Below are positions 62,480-64,000 of a stretch of 64,000 nt of DNA, piece by piece. Below the pieces are notes generated by a model. That model saw only the letters and a program-made list of their open reading frames with translations, had not been told where the DNA came from and searched no databases. Every line of letters begins with the position of its first letter. The first letter of the stretch is position 1. Location: NCBI GenBank assembly GCA_024400755.1, contig JAKSMG010000011.1:3733-67732 (forward strand), given 5' to 3'. The translations under genes and the position numbers were made by a program. This stretch comes from Bacteroidales bacterium. GTDB lineage: Bacteria > Bacteroidota > Bacteroidia > Bacteroidales > WCHB1-69.

Positions 62480-63262
62480 ATGAAACCAAAACTCGTAGTT
62501 GGAAACTGGAAAATGAACAAGTCATTTGACGATGCTCAAGACTTGATTATCGATATTCAAGATGCCTTGAAAGACAAAAAACTTCAAACGGAAGTCATTT
62601 TATGTCCCCCGTTTGTGTATATGGAACTACTCACCGACATCGCAGAAGAAGAAGACAGCCAGTTTTATGCGGGTGCACAAAACTGCAGCGAACACGAAAG
62701 CGGTGCCTACACGGGTGAAATTTCTGCCGAAATGCTGGCGTCTATGGGTGTCGAATTCTGTATTGTCGGACATTCGGAAAGACGAAAATATTTCGGGGAA
62801 GACAATCATACTATCGCACAGAAAATCAATTTACTGCTCAAGAATGATGTTGTTCCCATTGTATGCTGTGGCGAGCAACTGGAAGAACGCAAAAACGGCC
62901 AACATACCGAAGTCGTCAAAAAGCAGATTGAAGAATCTTTATTTCACCTGAAACCGTCAGAATTTGAGCGCGTCATCATTGCCTACGAACCCGTTTGGGC
63001 CATCGGAACAGGCGAGACCGCCACTCCTGCCCAGACACAGGAAATGCATGCCTTTATCCGTTCTTTGATTGAAAAGAAATACGGCACCGAAATGGCGTAC
63101 AACACCTACATTCTGTATGGCGGCAGCTGCAATGCGAAAAACGCTGTTGACTTATTTATGCAACAAGACGTGGACGGAGGACTTATCGGAGGTGCTTCCC
63201 TCAAGGCGGCCGACTTCGTTTCCATCATTGAAGCCGGTGAAACCGTCATCAAAGACAATTAA
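62480..63262 (+). CDS. tpiA: Triosephosphate isomerase
   Basis: GNWKMN, GHSERR, AYEPVWAIGTG and DGGLIGGASL motifs. Confidence 0.98.
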   Translation: MKPKLVVGNWKMNKSFDDAQDLIIDIQDALKDKKLQTEVILCPPFVYMELLTDIAEEEDSQFYAGAQNCSEHESGAYTGEISAEMLASMGVEFCIVGHSERRKYFGEDNHTIAQKINLLLKNDVVPIVCCGEQLEERKNGQHTEVVKKQIEESLFHLKPSEFERVIIAYEPVWAIGTGETATPAQTQEMHAFIRSLIEKKYGTEMAYNTYILYGGSCNAKNAVDLFMQQDVDGGLIGGASLKAADFVSIIEAGETVIKDN

Positions 63263-63295
63263 AACTATTTGACTACTTTCAAATCATTATAACAC

Positions 63296-63328
63296 AACAG
63301 GCAGAAGATTCTTTCTGCCTGTTTTTTT
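63296..63328 (+). terminator. Intrinsic terminator after tpiA
   Basis: AACAGGCAGAA-N-TTCTGCCTGTTTTTTT. Confidence 0.85.
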
Positions 63329-63630
63329 GCCGATACAGGCAACTTTTCTTATTATAAGTCTCGCAAGTAAAGGAATTTGTCAAATCGAGGGAAGAAATAA
63401 CCTCTTTGCTGTTTCGCTCTATTAGAGAAAGGCATAATGGATGAAACTTTTTCTCCGAAATATCGGCTACCTTGGCACTTTGTATAAAAGATTGGACATC
63501 TGACTTTTTTACACTTTTGGTATCTTTTGTGACACGTTCTACTATATTTTTGACGAATTCCACATTGTTTAAAAATGTAATTTTAGCACTTGATTTCCAA
63601 AACTTTATATCCTATTTTTGCACCATCTAC

Positions 63631-63942
63631 AACCTCGAAGAGGTGGCATCTCTCCGAGATGCCGGGATTGTGAGGACGCATTGCCCCACATCGAGACTCT
63701 CTGTGTCCGTCACGAGGCGGAGTTACGGAGGTACGTTCTCTTCGAGAACAGGGGACGCAATCGGACGGACGCATTGCCCCACATCGAGACTCGCTGCGTT
63801 CGTCACGATGCGGGGTTACAGAGGTAAGTTCTCTTCGAGAACAGGGGCGATTAGGTACTTTGTAGCCAATACCAACGATGACCTACGACCTCGAAGAGGT
63901 CGCCTCTCCATAACCCCAAATTAGCGATAGCGTAATCTGGGC
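63631..63942. repeat. REP/BIME-like array: 93-bp tandem repeat plus an inverted partial copy and CTC-N3-GAG hairpins
   Basis: Units start at 63674 and 63767 (GGACGCATTGCCCCACATCGAGACTC...GTTCTCTTCGAGAACAGGGG). Hairpins ACCTCGAAGAGGT occur at ~63632 and ~63888, plus GGCATCTCTCCGAGATGCC. Confidence 0.8.
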
Positions 63943-64000
63943 TTGTGATAAGCGATACCACAATCTGACTGTGATGACGACGGTGCAATCGCCAGCATCT

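Noticed and set aside
63279-63924. ORFs 63279-63563(-), 63472-63924(+), 63583-63774(-) and 63618-63827(+)
   Set aside because: They overlap a terminator, promoter-like boxes and the repeat array, and show no protein motifs; probably spurious.
63631-63942. Possible CRISPR array
   Set aside because: Only two ~80-bp near-identical units with a short linker; no unique spacers of CRISPR size and no cas genes.

Overview
Bacteroidales chromosome segment, inferred from the TAnnTTTG-type -7 promoter boxes, Bat genes, the long EF-Ts and DUF3467 after rpoC. Most of it is housekeeping: tdh, pcm, coaD, tsaC, a partial bat cluster, secE-nusG-rplKAJL-rpoBC, rplM-rpsI-rpsB-tsf, rluD, dnaN, the RNase P RNA, trpS, an RND efflux operon, iorAB, mreCD and tpiA. 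Several normally conserved operons are broken up. The main accessory region (~31.4-41.7 kb) holds ybaK, an AAA+/DUF4143 gene with upstream 23-bp repeats and a ~165-nt nested hairpin element. It also holds two tandem GtrA / GT2 / GT-C+TPR glycosylation triads (the first gtrA is a remnant missing from the ORF track, and the last gene looks mosaic) and an Rpn nuclease gene bracketed by 16-bp direct repeats and heptamer repeats. REP-like palindrome clusters lie after tsf and at the window end. The best candidate for an undescribed system is the lipid-linked glycosylation module ending in TPR-bearing GT-C enzymes, which resembles eukaryotic TMTC O-mannosyltransferases in architecture. All calls come from reading the sequence by eye; no searches were run.
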